Shown here: positions 25,315-38,900 of the stretch, piece by piece
Layout: each line of letters starts with the position of its first letter
Position numbering within the stretch: the stretch's first letter is position 1
From: Ptychomitrium polyphyllum
Lineage: Eukaryota
DNA length: 64,000 bases
Assembly: GCA_973851085.1 (NCBI GenBank)
Contig: OZ316776.1
Span: 7,254,001 to 7,318,000, forward strand
Reading direction: 5' to 3'
The notes under the pieces: generated by a model
Database searches by the model: none
What the model was told of the DNA's origin: nothing
The model's input: the letters and a program-made list of their open reading frames with translations, nothing else
Made by a program: the position numbers and the translations under genes

Positions 25315-27093
25315 TTATATTTGTAACTCGACTAGCTGCTGAATAGTCATGGGGTAGTTATACTCAGTGCCCTGCCAAAACTTCGTTGACAAGTACACAT
25401 TTGCCTTGTCGGTTGGGTGGTAAGGATCCCAGAAGAGGTAACTGAATCGGTCGGTGCATGGTTTCAAGATTTGCACACATGGGATCAATCCATTGTAAGG
25501 ACCAGCGCCGCAGCACCCTTTATCTACGACTTTCAAACCTGCACAGAAATTCATCAACAATTAATGGCCACTATCAGAACTAATCCAAAAACATCAAACT
25601 GTTGTGTGCAAGGTAAGCGTAACTGTCGGAACGGAATATAAATTAATATGTTGGCATAAGTGTAGTAATAGCCATTCTTACCAGCCAGACCTGGATTGGC
25701 AACTATTTCAGAGACGCCCTTGTAGGCATCGACAAACACATACTGTGCGCCAGGAAGCTCAGCGTTCAGCTGCTTCACCATGGCCAGCAGACCAACGTTA
25801 AGTTCTCTTACTTCAGAGTTTACTTTCTCACTGCATTCACCGTTCCTGCTTAATCGGAAGGTGAGCTGAAAGGGAATGCACCCTAGAGGACCAACTGCCG
25901 CCACCGCCAACTTCCGTGCACCCATGTTATACAACCTCTGCAACATAGTTCACCATTAAAAAACTGTGGATGAACTCAGTATCAAACTTTTCACAAGTCA
26001 TATTTTAAAAGCATATTCAGCTCATTTTTCCACCAGGGTTGACCCCGTTGCAATGAAAAATCTTCATTTGTATTCCAAAGCCATATTAAACTAAAATGAA
26101 ATATTCAGGGTCATTGAAAGTGATCAATGGGCCTGGTCTACTTACCGTGAGTTGTCCCTTGTAAGTGCTGACCAACAGCGTTGCAACCTGGGTGGATGTG
26201 AGGTTGCCAATGGGAGACAGAGGCTGGTAGTAGTTGTTCACATAATCGTTGGAGCCCATATTGATCGAGAACAAGGATTTGCGAATGAGCTCCATCCCGG
26301 CTGCCTCTCCTAAGAGCGCTATAATCTGCGCCTTGGTGTTGGCGAAATACTGCAATTGCTTGTTCATTGACAGCCTCCCAACCTGGACCAAATTTACTAA
26401 AACCATAAAAATATTGTCCTATTCATGGTAAGAGAAGCCTTGAGTCGGTGAAGTCCATTTCATCTTGCAATTCCAAGTTCATGTGCATTTCTCACTATTG
26501 ACACACATATTGGCTATCTTTCTGAGGAAGGAGAATATTGACCAAAATCTAGAATTTCAAAAATCTGTACAAAAACTATATACTTACCAGAATGTAACCA
26601 GAAGAATCCAGAATCCCGCCAGCTCCAGAAGCGTAGCTGACGCCTTTGAGAATCAACGGTCCAGTGGTATTAGGTGCTAAATAGGGGGGAATGAATTCTG
26701 TGAATCCAGCGAGCTGCCCTGCGGAGTTACAGAACATGATACTACACCACGTCAGACAATCTGAGAGAATTCTTTTGGGAATCAATTGAGTGTTTCATTA
26801 AGGGATTTGTGGCTTGACATGAACTTACCAACAATATCCACAGTAGTGCGTCCATTGGTATATCTGCCAGTGGCAATTGGGCCCCCGGGAAAGTCCAAGC
26901 CGTTAGGGGGAGTGTTAGCCCTGGAGAGAGTTGGGTTGATGTAGTTGTTGTTGCCTGGGTCAGACAACGAGTCCCCAAAAATGAAAATGGCTGGCACTTT
27001 CGTCTGCGCCATGGCCACGGTTGGCAGCAGCAATAGGATGAACACCACTACACCACACACCAAGCTCCGTGACTCGCTCCATTGAGGCTTCAT
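25315..27093 (-). CDS. GDSL esterase/lipase (SGNH), secreted, 5 coding exons
   Basis: Signal peptide followed by IFIFGDSLSDPGNN, TGRYTNGRT, GVSYASGAGGI, MGSNDYVNNY, LYNMGARK and YLFWDPYHPT. ATG at 27093 lies just after a 5'UTR acceptor; stop at 25315-25317. Confidence 0.95.
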
Positions 27094-29362
27094 CTCCTGC
27101 AGGTGGCATTGCCAGCAACAGAAATAGCACCCAACATGGTGTGTCAATAATCCACGACACACAATACTACAAAGGGTAACAACAGCAACCGTTGCTGAGC
27201 TGCAGAACTAGCAGCCACGCCTGTGACATTTAAAGACAATGCTACAGATTAAAAAGTGACTTGGAGTGGAATCCCTGGAATGAGGTATCCTTATAGAGAA
27301 CAATACGTAGCACTTAAGTAGCAACCGAGCGTAGAAGGCCAGTTGTCTGATTTTCAAGAGCCAACCTGGGTCACATTCTTGGAAGAGTAGAAGTTGGACA
27401 CTTCGAGAGGATTGAAAACTTCGAAAACTAGCAGAATATTGTAAAAGACAGAATAAACCACAACATAAGAGAAGCATTTCAGAAAAGGTAGCTCTGCGAT
27501 TTCAACAATGCAGAGATCAGTGAGGACAAGAGTTGCACGCATAGAGTGAAGAAACCTTGAGAACCCTACAGAGTCCGAGGTTGACAACAGGGTACTTTAA
27601 GTTATGCCTGGTACAGAAACATTACATCATTTGAAAATGGCCATTAGTCACTAATTATGATTTCTGCTTCTAAATTAATGACGACGCAACCACTTAAGTG
27701 CGCATATGGCTGATACAGCACTTCTACATTTTTGTTTCAAGTGAGTACTAAGAAACTTGTATAACCGGCAATGATTTTCAAAAGCTAGAATTTTCAAATG
27801 TGTATGTACACCGAACGGGATGTCAACCTGAGATCTAATGTGACCTTAGAAATACCAATATCAATGAGCACGCCATGCGATCGATCTGCTCAGGAAATAT
27901 GAAACCTTTCATTAGCCCATATTGAAGACTTTGATAGACATCACAACATAATGCATTGCCTCTATAATATGTATAAACTCGGTGAGCACACTGTACCCTG
28001 AACGTAATACTAAGCAAGACTTAAGCTTCAATCTCCCAAGAACGGTATTCCAGGTCTGATTGACATTGACTGTCAAAACAATGCACGCTGATGAAAGGAT
28101 ATTTCTATCATACGGATAGGCTTCTAACATCAACACAGACACGTCGATGCCGCTGGCTCTAAAGGTCACCTCAAGGAAAATCTACATCACTTGCCAGCCT
28201 TCAAAAGACTGCACATCAACAGAGCCCTGACTCCTAAATGCTCACATATTGTCAACAGCAGCCACAGAATCTGTCCCCGAAGTCTGTCACCTGCTCAATC
28301 CGGGTGAAGCTTGAAGAGTAGTACTCCTAGCCGTCCCACTCAGTCAGCTACTACGAACAAACAGGCTTGTTTCATGAGTCCATGAGTCACTAGAATGCAG
28401 AGTTGGACCCATACCCAGGTGAGACTTGAGACGAGCCGCAATGCTTGAGCTGAATGGAGCTAGATCTCAGTGGGAGTGACTGAGAGCTGCCAACTTCAAA
28501 AGCAGAAGCTTGAAGCTGGGAGTTTTAAAGCAGGACGATGGCACCGATTTATTACAACTATGTCAGAGCTGTGTTCTTTCTCAGACCCAGTGTCAGGAGA
28601 GCGAGCCCTGATCAGGGCTTCAGAGATTATTAATGAGGAATTCTACTTTAAAAGGTTGAGGACCTGTCAGGCTGTACCATATAGGGGCCTACATCAGAAA
28701 TTTTCAAATCTTCCTGAATCTTGATTCGGTACATGCTGGTGCGAAGGTAGAGCCCCCAATTTTGCTCTCATCTAATTCCACTCCTAATTTCGCCCCTTCT
28801 AAATGTACTCTAGGTGGAGTCTCATGAAATGCAAAACAGAGTGAATCTCTATCAATAACTTTAGCTACACTTTCTCAAGAACCATTAGTTCTGCTGATTG
28901 ATTTCATTGGTTTAGTGTTAAGAAAGCATTTTCTTCTCTTGACAAGAAATCATGCAACTATTAAAAGTCATATTTGAATTTCAAGTTTCATTTTAAAGTA
29001 ATTTGGGATCAAAAATAGGAAGTTTGTAAAGTTCTACTTACAAACTTCTTAATATGTCCAATCCTTTTCTAAGAAACAACATCTTTTAGTGGGCATCATT
29101 TTTTTAAATTAGCTTTTCTATCAAAACTAATTCAAATACAATCTCGTATTCTAGATAGCCACAATTAGAAGGTGATTGATGTTGGATAGTTCCACTTTAG
29201 ATATTTTTGTAAGACCAAGGTTTTATTTTTATTTTTTATGCTTCTAATTAGTGATTTTGAAACTACTTTTAACAAATTTATCACTAACAAAATAAGCTAG
29301 ATAATTGATACAAAGGATCTTTAAAAATAAAAAAGAGCAATTGTTGAGTTTCCTACATGGGC

Positions 29363-30380
29363 TGTTGTACACCTCTCCTTGACGAGTCCCCGTAACACTA
29401 AGGACACAAAGGGGACCCCGGAGTGACGTCTAGAACTTGTGGCGCTGATAGTGAGGGGAGCCGGGTGGGCCTAGCGTGGAAAAGACCCCTACGGGAAGAA
29501 ACATCCTTGCCCATGTAGACCGAGGGCCACGAGGGTTCAATCGTGGGCATTGGAGGAATCACAAAGAGCTGATTAGAGAATGCTAAAGATTGCTCAAATC
29601 GGACAAGGGAGCTAAAAGTTATGGCATTCCAAAGTTGGGGTTGCAAAAGGGCTGTTCTGGATTGTGGCAGCCCTATACAGTGACTGTACTGGAGTGGGAC
29701 AGTCCAGGGAGGAACTCCCCGGGAGTCCCAAACCTTGGGAGAGGCGTATCTCCCACAATACTAACTCAAATTGGACGTTTGAGGAGTCTGTCGGCATGTA
29801 CGCGAAGAGTACATGTCGATAGAATGGTTGCTTGATACATTTATGGAACGGATGAGGAAGATATGACTTCCTAAAGGTCCGCTAGGAGTCTCGGAGGCTT
29901 CCAGCGGCTAAGTTCCACGGGAGATCGAGTGGTCTTCCAAAATTTTGGGTGTGTAAGGGTTCAGCCAGCTACAGAGGGCCAGGGGGCCTGCCAAATCCCA
30001 CAAAGAGTACTATAAGGGAAGGCTGGTCCCCCTTCCCACTCCCTTAGTGTCCCGATAGAGACCAAGGGTGAGTTCTGGTTGGTGGAGTTAGTATTGGGGC
30101 TTCACCACAAGGACTTCCCACGCTAGGCCCACTCAGTTCCTCTCACTATCGGCGCCACAAGTCTCGGACGTCTCTCCAGGGTCCCCCTTGTGCCTTTAGT
30201 GTTGCGGGCACTCCTCAAGGAGAGGTGCGCAACACCATTAGCTACTAATAAATTGGGTGTCCTAAGAGAAATGGCAGAAAGACTTGGAAAGTGAAAATGG
30301 GGGTTAACCATGTGCATGTGGGAGTGTACAGGGTTGACGTGCGTGACGCTTGCTAAGGTGCATAACAAGGGTTGCGACAT
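29363..30380 (+). repeat. 5' LTR of element A containing an internal inverted copy (30114-30234) of its own first ~120 bp
   Basis: 30114-30234 is the diverged reverse complement of 29363-29484. The remainder is collinear with the solo LTR at 36649-37791. Confidence 0.9.
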
Positions 30381-33300
30381 TTGGTATTAGAGCAGGCTTT
30401 GAGTATCTAAGTGTTACGTTGCGAAGTAGCTATGGGTAAGGAAAAGGCCAATGATGGCGGTGAGCCCGAGGCCTCTAAATGACTACGCACGAGGGTGAAC
30501 AAAGACCCCGATCCGATTAGTGAGGCTCCATCCTTTTATTCCAATGAGCAAGGAAATGACATTGGAGTCACCGAGGAAGTTGAGGAAACTCAGCAAGATG
30601 AATTGTTAGAGGGTTGAGAGTACTCAGGAGCTAGGATTCCTGAGCCACCTGAGGATCTAGAAAGTCAGGACCCTGACTTGAGTTTTTACATGAAAATGCT
30701 CGAGTTCATGGATGGTGTGAATTAAGAATTCAAGCGTGGCAAAGAAGAAAGGACTTATTTAGAGAGGTTGATTGAGCACTTGATGGTACAAGGTTCTAGG
30801 TCCTCATCTTCAACAAAGAAGTTGGCCAAGGTGAACATGCCAAGCACTTTTTCTGGGCTAGGTAAGGCCAGGAAGGTGAAAGAGTTTTTTTTGAAAATGG
30901 ACAAGTATTATGATGTTCAAAAGCCGGAGGAGGTGGACAAAGTTTCAATAGCAGTGACCTTTTTGAAAGACCATGCTCTTCAGTGGTGGACAAGTAAAAA
31001 GGAACAAGAGCCGGAGTTGGTGGCGACTTTCTCTTGGATGAATTTTAAAGAGATTTTGAGTGAACGCTTCACTCCGGAATACCAAGAGTTGAGGGAGGGC
31101 ATGAACTTGGTGCAAATGAGGCACACCGGGTTGCTCAAGACTTATGTTCAAGATTTCAACGCCCAAATGAATGCCACACTCAAAATGGATGAGTTTTCAA
31201 AGTATTGCATCTTTTTGGGTGGGCTTCAAAAGTGGATGGTGGACGCCTTGTTCAAATTTCCAAAGCTTTCAGAGGACATGGCGGGAATCATTAAGATTGC
31301 GGAAAGAATTGAAGCCGACGGATCCGAAAGAAAATCAAGTGGTCCCTCTCAACAAAGTGGATTGAGCCAAAATTATCTCGCGGCAGAGAACGCAAGAAAT
31401 TTGGCTTTGGAAACAAATACAAGGGACAAGTAGATGGAAGGGCCTACAACAAAGTGGACCATCATGAGAGGAAACCATTCAAATCGGAAGATAAAAGTGC
31501 TGAGGTGAAGCACAAGCGTTGGCACTGCTGTGGCAAAATTGGTCACTTCATTGCGGCGTGCCCTAATAAAAAGGTGAGTACCAAAGCTTGTCACACTTGT
31601 GTTGTGGATCACACTTTAGAAGGTGGATTTGTAGCCAAGGCTAGTAGCTTTAAGCCAAGGTTGAGTCTTTTATACCTTGAGGCTTAAATAAATGGCAAAA
31701 ATATCTCATGTTTGATTGACACAAGGGCAACGCACTCCTTCATGAGTCCCAAGCTAGCAAGGGAGTTGGGCTTGTCGGCTTAAAAAGCTAGCAAGCCCAT
31801 CAACAAGCGATTTGCAAAAGGCAAACTGTACGAGACCAAAGAGGTGGTGTTGGATGTGGCCTTAAGTAATGGGGCACTAAAATTGAATGAAAGTTTTACA
31901 CTATGTGAGATGGATGAGGTAGACCTCATTTTAGGTGATACCTTTTTTGAAACTCATATGGTGGATGTGAAGCGAAGGCTTGCACGGTTAATAGTGCGCC
32001 ATGGTGGGAAGGAGACAATATAGAAGTTGACTAAAACCTCTATGGTGGCAGAAGAAGAGTTGAACTTAGTCTCCTTTGAGCAATTAGAGAATAATCAATT
32101 TGTGGTTGTGATGCATATGGAGCAAGAAGAGGGGATTAGGCCAAGTGCCAAGGAAGTTAGGACTATTCCCAAGTGCATTCAAAATGTACTAAGTGGTTAC
32201 AAGGTTGTGCTCACCAATGAGCTGCCCGCAGAATTACCGCCAAGAAGAGAAGTGGATCACAAAATTGAAGTGATACCGGGAACGGAGCCCCCTTCAAAGG
32301 CTCCATATCGGTTGAACCAAAAAGAGCTAGAGGAGTTGAAGAAGCAATTGAATGACTTGTTGGAAAGAGGCTATGTTAGGCCAAGTAAGTCGTTATATGG
32401 AGCACCGGTCCTCTTCTTAGACAAAAAGAATGGCAAGCTCCGCATGTGTGTTGACTATAGAGCCTTGAATAAAGCCACCATCAAGAACAATTATCCTTTG
32501 CCTCGCATTGATGACCTCTTTGATAGATTGGCGGGAACTAAATACTTTAGTCGGATAGACTTGAAGTCGGGCTACTATCAAATCCGCATTGCGGATGGAG
32601 ATGTGCCAAAGACCGCATGCCGCACTAGGTATGGGTCCTATGAATTTTTGGTGATGCCATTCGGGTTGTGTAATGCTCCTTCAACATTCACGACCCTCAT
32701 GAATACCATCTTTTGAGAAGAGATGGATGACTTTGTCATTGTCTACATTGATGACATCTTGGTATACTCCAAGTCGGCGGAAGAACATGCAAGGCACCTC
32801 AAAGTAGTACTTCAAAAACTTAGGGACCACAAAGTTCATGCCAATGGAGAAAAGAATGAGTTTGCTCAACTTGAGATTGAGTTCTTGGACCATATAGTGA
32901 CGGATGATGGAATCAAGCCGGACATAAGGAAGATAAAGGCAATTAGAGAGTGGAAACAACCTTCTACACAAAAGGAGCGGAGATCATTTCTCGGCCTAGC
33001 AAATTATTATAGGAGGTTCATAAGCAACTTCTCCAAAATTGCGAGACCTTTGTCCGACTTGTTGAAGAAAGGAGCTAGCCAAATATGGGATGGATTTTGT
33101 CACCAAGCTTTTAAAGAACTCAAGGATAAGTTATCACAACCGCCGGTATTGAAGTTCCCCGAGTTTGAAAAGCCCTTTGAGGTCCACACGGATGCAAGTG
33201 ACTTTGCCATTGGCGGAGTGCTCATGCAAGAAGGCATGCCAATTGCCTATGAGAGCAAGAAGTTGGATGGGTGCCAAAAGAGGTGGCCCACGCACAAGAA

Positions 33301-35840
33301 AGAACTCTTTGCCATAGTGCATTGTTTGAAAACATGGCGGCACTACTCTGGCCTACATAAAACCAAAGTCTACACGGACAACGTGTCCTTGAAGTACTTT
33401 GAGTCACAAGCACAAATGAGTGCAAAGCAATTGAGGTGGCACGACACCTTAGCACTCATGAATGTGGATTTGATCCACAAGCTGGGGCGTGACAATGTAG
33501 TGCCGGATGCTCTAAGTAGGCGAGAGGAGTTGCAAGCGATGGGTACAACCCAAGTCCTGCTAGTAATGTACAAGGGAGAAGGCAATTTGGAAAGGAAGAT
33601 AAGAGAGGGGTACATGAAGGACTCCGAAGCACAAAGGCTTCTCGGCGAGCTTAAGAAGGGTAAGAAACTTAAGGAAATTAAGTTGGAGAAGGAATTGCTC
33701 AAGTACAAATAAAGTCGGGTGTACGTGCCTCAAGGAAAACTACGGTTGTTGGTTTTGAAAGAAGAACATGATAGTCCCATAGCCGGCCATAGAGGGGAAA
33801 AAACCACCATAGCGTCGGTGTCAAGAAGGTAATATTGGTCGGGCATGAAAGCGGACATCACCGACTTTGTGAAAACTTGTGTGAAGTGCCAGCTGAATAG
33901 AGCTTCTTATCAAAAGCAAGCCGGTCTACTACAACCTTTGCCAATTCCGCCAGGTCCATGGCATAGTGTGTCCATGGACTTCCACACAAGTCTGCCGGAA
34001 TCGCAAAGGCATGATGCCATCTTTGTAATGGTAGATCGCTTTAGCAAGTTGGTGCACATGGTGCCATATAGAGGAACTATAACCGCACATGAGACCGCAA
34101 AGCTATTCCTCAATGCATGGTGGAAACATCACGGGTTGCCGAGAGTGATTGTATTGGACCGAGATCCAAAATTTACTAGTGCTTTTTGAAAACATTTCTT
34201 TAGGAAAGTTGGAACCAAATTGACATTTAGCACTGCCTTCCATCCTCAAACGGATGGGCAAACGGAATGAGTGAACGGAGTCTTGAACCAATACTTGAGG
34301 AACTTTGTGAGTGCGGACCAGTGCAATTGGGTAGATTATGTGAGCCTAGCGGAGTTCAGTTACAATGCGGCCAACCATTCGGCAACAAAGCAGTCGCCAT
34401 TTAAGATGGCCTATGGAGTGGAGCCACTCCAACCTGCCTACTTAGTTCTGAAAGGAGCACATTGAACACCAGAGTTTTACCAAGATGGTGAGGACTTGGC
34501 CAAAAAGCGAAAACAAATGTTGGAGAAGACCAAGCTTTTGTTGGAAAAGGCACAAAAGCGGTACAAGAAACAAGTCAATGCCGGAAGACGTGAAGTGGAG
34601 TATGAAGTAGGCCAAAAGATATTGTTGAATGTGAAGAACTTTAGCTTGCCCGAAGGCCCTACTCCAAAGTTCAAGTCCAAGTTTGCGGGACCGTTTTCCA
34701 TTGTGGAGCGGATGTTTAAAGATGTGTACAAGTTGGAGCTACCACCCGAAATCAAATTGCACCCAACATTTCAAATCTCACTCCTTTAGCCATTCAAAAA
34801 AGATACCTTACGGTCCAATCGCAAACAAGTGATTCGGCAACCGCCGGAATTGGTGGGCGACCACTTGGAATACGAAGTAGAAGGAATTCTCAAGTGTAGG
34901 CACCACAAGAAAGTAGGAAAAGATTATTTGGTGAAGTGGAGTGGGTACCATGAAAAGGAAGCAACCTGGATAGCAGCCAAGGACTTGGAAAATGCCAATG
35001 AAGTGGTGGAACGCTTTGAAAGGGATAGGAACTCCAACAAAAGACAACGTCGGCATTGATGAGGATATCTATCTCTTTTAGTAGGGAGAGAGTGGCTTGT
35101 AGCAGTAACTTCTTCATATCATGTATTGGTTCCTTGGTTTATGGCAATAAAGTTCAACTTTTGTGTGTGCAAAGAGAAGATGACGTCCTAGTCTTGTGCT
35201 TGTGATAAGTTGGTAGAAGAGGGGGAATAGACATGTGAAACCAAGTTGGGAAGGCTAAGTAATGGAGACCAAGGCTTGGAGGAGGAATGGTTAAAACCAT
35301 GAAACCTCTTAGTCTCAAGCTTGTCTGAGCTAAGACAAGGTTATGGCGCTTCCCATAAAAGCGCCACTCCTACAAACTAACAAAAGTTAGTGAATGGGAG
35401 TCATGAAGCCATGTCTCAATAGAGATAGTAGGATCCGTATTGGGCGGAACTTGGCATTACTCCCGTGCAATCAAGTCATGGAATAAAAGCCACCTTGGAT
35501 TTGCAACAAAGACAACTTGGTGGAGCATTAAGGTCCATTCTAGTCAGGAAAGTAGAGTTACGGAAGTGTAGCCTAACTAGAGAGTTTATCCCAAGAGAGT
35601 CTCAAAGTAGGTAGGTCTAGAGTAGTTTAGGGCTCCAAAGATTTTTGTCTAGGGTGCTTAAACAGACCACCTCCTAAACGACACCTTTGAGACATTGCCA
35701 AAGACTTATGAGTGTATTGTGGAGGTCGCATCCTAGATGAAACACAATACTGCACGACTAGAGGACGGCAACTTTGGAATTGGTGTGCCGACTACAAGTA
35801 TAGTTGATGAGGGCATCAATTCCATTAAGGTAGAGGTGAG

Positions 35841-35908
35841 TGTCGCGCACCTCTCCTTAGAGAGTGCCCGCAACACTAAGGGCACTGCTCAAGGAGAGGT
35901 GCGCAATA
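35841..35908. repeat. 68-bp hairpin remnant of element A 3' LTR
   Basis: TGTCGCGCACCTCTCCTTAGAGAGTGCCC-GCAACACTAA-GGGCACTGCTCAAGGAGAGGTGCGCAATA: an LTR start fused to an inverted LTR start. Confidence 0.9.
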
Positions 35909-38900
35909 ATAGTCTTTCCATGTACTTAGGAACCTTTCTAAGAAAGTTCTTCCATCTTTGGAAACTTCCTAGGAAGGTTCAAACATCTTAGGAAACTTCC
36001 TAAGAATGTTCATTTATCTTTAGGAAACTTTCTAGGAAGGTTCCGTTACCTTAAGAAACTTTCATGGAAGGTTCCAAGTCTTTAAAAGACTCTTAGGAAG
36101 GTTGCAACTTCTTAAAAGTCTCTTAGGAAGGTTCCAACATCTTAGGAAACTTCTTGGGAAGGTTCCACAAACTTTCAGAACATTCTTAAGCCTTATAGGA
36201 AGCTTCTTTAGAAATATCCTAAGAGATACAAACGTCATTATATAAATAGGAGGCAAGAAAAGGTATTCCTTAGTCTTACCAACACAAGTTGTGGATCATC
36301 TTGAATCCTGCTTTGTTCTAGTCTTTGTATCAAGTTCTTCTTAATCATTAGCTCTTTGAAAGCTAATTCTTGAGAAACACTTTGTTTCTGCTTCTTGTTT
36401 CTTGTGTCTTTAACACTCATAGTCTTCTTGTGTTTGTCAATCTTAAGAAGTGGATAACGTGCCTGGAATATTTGGAAAATAGGTTTGCAATTATTACAGT
36501 TCTTCAAGAGTTATCAAACACAGTTCGAACGGAATTCGCTCATTTTAATACCACCAACAATTTGGAACAACACACTTAGCAAGCTGAAGAATCCAACAGT
36601 GATATTCAAAGCCCATATCAAGAGATTCTTCAATTGCAAAAGACCAATTGTTGCACCCTTTGTAATGCACTATAATAAATGTCACGCGCTTCAACCCTGT
36701 ATACCCCCACATGTACATGGTTAACCCCCATTTTCACTCTCCAAGTCCCTCTATCATTTCTCTTAAGACACCCATTTAATTGGTAGCCAATGGTTAGGTA
36801 CGGACTTCTATTCATATTTAAGGCCTTACCTAGTGTTATGCCCATTCTACACAGCCTAACCGCACTTAGTGGTGTCATCTCTCTACCACTCATGATCTCC
36901 ATATAATCCTAAGATCACCCTGGACCATCATGGTATCGACATGAAGACACCACCCCAGTTTAGTAAAAACAAGCGTGCCTTTGTTATCTCACTAGTTCCC
37001 TTTGTAAAACCAGTCATCCACCGGCTCACAATGGTGTAGGAGTTCCCGTGGTGAAGCTCTAACACTAGCTCCACCAACCAGAACTCACCCTTGGTTCCTA
37101 CCGGGACACTAACGGAGTGGGGCGAGGAACCATCCCTCCCATATAATACTCTCTGTGGAATTTGGCAAGCCCCTTGCCCTTTGTAGCTGGCTGAACCTCG
37201 ACACACCCAAACTTTTGGAAAACCACCCGATCTCTCTTAAGACTTAGCCGTTGGAAGCCTGCGGGACTTCCTCCGGACCTTCAAGGAGCCATATCTTCAA
37301 CATGTGGTGTTCAAATCTATTGACTAACCACTTTATCGTCATCTACTCTTTACATAGATGCTGATAGACTCCTCAAATGTCCAATTTAACTTAGTGTTTT
37401 GGGAGATATGCCTCTCCTAATGTTCAGAACTCCCGAGGAATCCCTCCTTGTATTGTCCTAGTCCAGTACAGTCACTGTCTAAAACTGCCACAGTCCAAAA
37501 CAGCCTTTTGGCAGCTCCAACTTTGGGATGCCATATCTTTTAGCTCCCTTGTTCGATTTGAACAATCTTTAGCATTCTAGAATCAGCTCGTTGTGAGTAC
37601 TCTAATGCCTACAATGTATCTCTCGTGGCCCTTGGTCTACATGGACAATGATGATTCTCCCTCTCCAAATCCTTCCCACGCTAGGCCTACTTGGGCTACT
37701 TCACTATTAGCACCACAAGTCCCAAACGTCACTCCGGGATCCTCCTTATGTGCTTAGTGTTGCGGCACTCGTGAAAGAGAGGTGTACAACACCAATGTTG
37801 GAAGGGAAGGCTTATGTTGAACCCATATAGAGTCAAAGATTAGCATGCTAGACAAGTTCGATTGATCAAGATCAAAATTGAGAGGCTTTGATCAACAAGT
37901 AAGGCTCTTCCTTAGTTTGCATCAATTCCGCTATTCTGATGGCACAATTCAAGTGGGATTTGTGGCCACTCTTTTATCAAACAATGCACTACCATGGTTT
38001 GTACCACTAATGAAGAAGTAGTTACTATTATTGAACAACTTAGATACTTTCATAAAAGCATTGACATCTACTTTTGGAGACACCGTTTGAGAGAGGGTGG
38101 CTGAAACAAGGATTAAGAATCTTCAACAAGGACAGCGCTTAGCTGCTACACATGCTGTAGAGTTTTGACAATTAGCTTGCAACCTTGATTGGAATGATAA
38201 AGCCTTGGTCACATGATTTTGATGGGGCTTAAGAGAAAATGTAAAGGACTTTCTACTCACAATGCCAAGAGTTGAAACATTTGACAAATTCATCACTCAA
38301 GCAATAGCATGTGGCAACAAACTATTTGAGAGGCGCTAAGAACAACGCTTGGAATGGTGACCAATACATCAAAGCATGGCTACCACTTCTTCAAGAATAT
38401 TGGAAAGCAAACCACAAGAACCAGAACCTATGCAAATTGATACTGCCTAGTTTAGACGCTTGACTCTAAAAGCAAAAGAAAGGCATTGAAGGGAAAACCT
38501 ATGTTTGTATTGTGGCAAGTTTGGACATAAAGTGCGCAATTGCCAAATCAAAGGATCTGCCTTAAAGTTCAAAGCACAATGGTGGAGTTGGAAAACGAGG
38601 CTGTCCAGTCACAGTAGAGATCATGCGACTGAACACCACAAGGAAACCACCATCAAATCAAAGTCTCTTATTACCTTCAAGCCCTACTTCTTGTTTTAAA
38701 TTTCCTATCAAATTTAAGTTGTTAGATGATGAAATAATTAGTGAGGGTCTTTTAGACACTGGTGCAACAGCATGTTACATGGACAAGGATTTTCTAATAA
38801 AACATTATATGGTGCTTGTAAAGAAAAAAATATCCCGTATTTGTTGAAGTTATTGACAAATGATCTCTTGCATCTGGCAACGTTATTGAAGAAACTCAAC

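Larger units (their letters stand above)
29363..35908 (+). mobile_element. Element A: Ty3/gypsy chromovirus LTR retrotransposon, tRNA-Met primed, pseudogenised; rearranged 5' LTR and collapsed 3' LTR
   Basis: 5' LTR TGTTG...GCGACA at 29363-30380; PBS TGGTATTAGAGC at ~30383-30394. Gag from ~30432, protease LIDTRATHSF, RT ([20 protein letters not shown]), RNase H (TDASDFAIGGVL), integrase and chromodomain EYEVEGIL...YLVKWSGY (34829-35059). Purine tract at ~35828-35840, then LTR start TGTCGC at 35841. Many in-frame stops. Confidence 0.95.

Noticed and set aside
784..27093. Lipid or ester metabolic gene cluster (MES, FAH, HIBCH-like, GDSL)
   Set aside because: The enzymes belong to unrelated pathways and compartments and are interleaved with unrelated genes; the sequence gives no evidence of co-regulation.
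36420..36470. Self-priming (Tf1-type) primer site in element B
   Set aside because: No tRNA PBS is visible, but I also found no convincing complement to the likely transcript start; the sequence is too decayed to call.
29363..37791. One large DNA transposon with ~1 kb terminal inverted repeats
   Set aside because: The right-hand repeat is an independent solo LTR with its own CCAAT TSD, and the interior is retrotransposon gag-pol.
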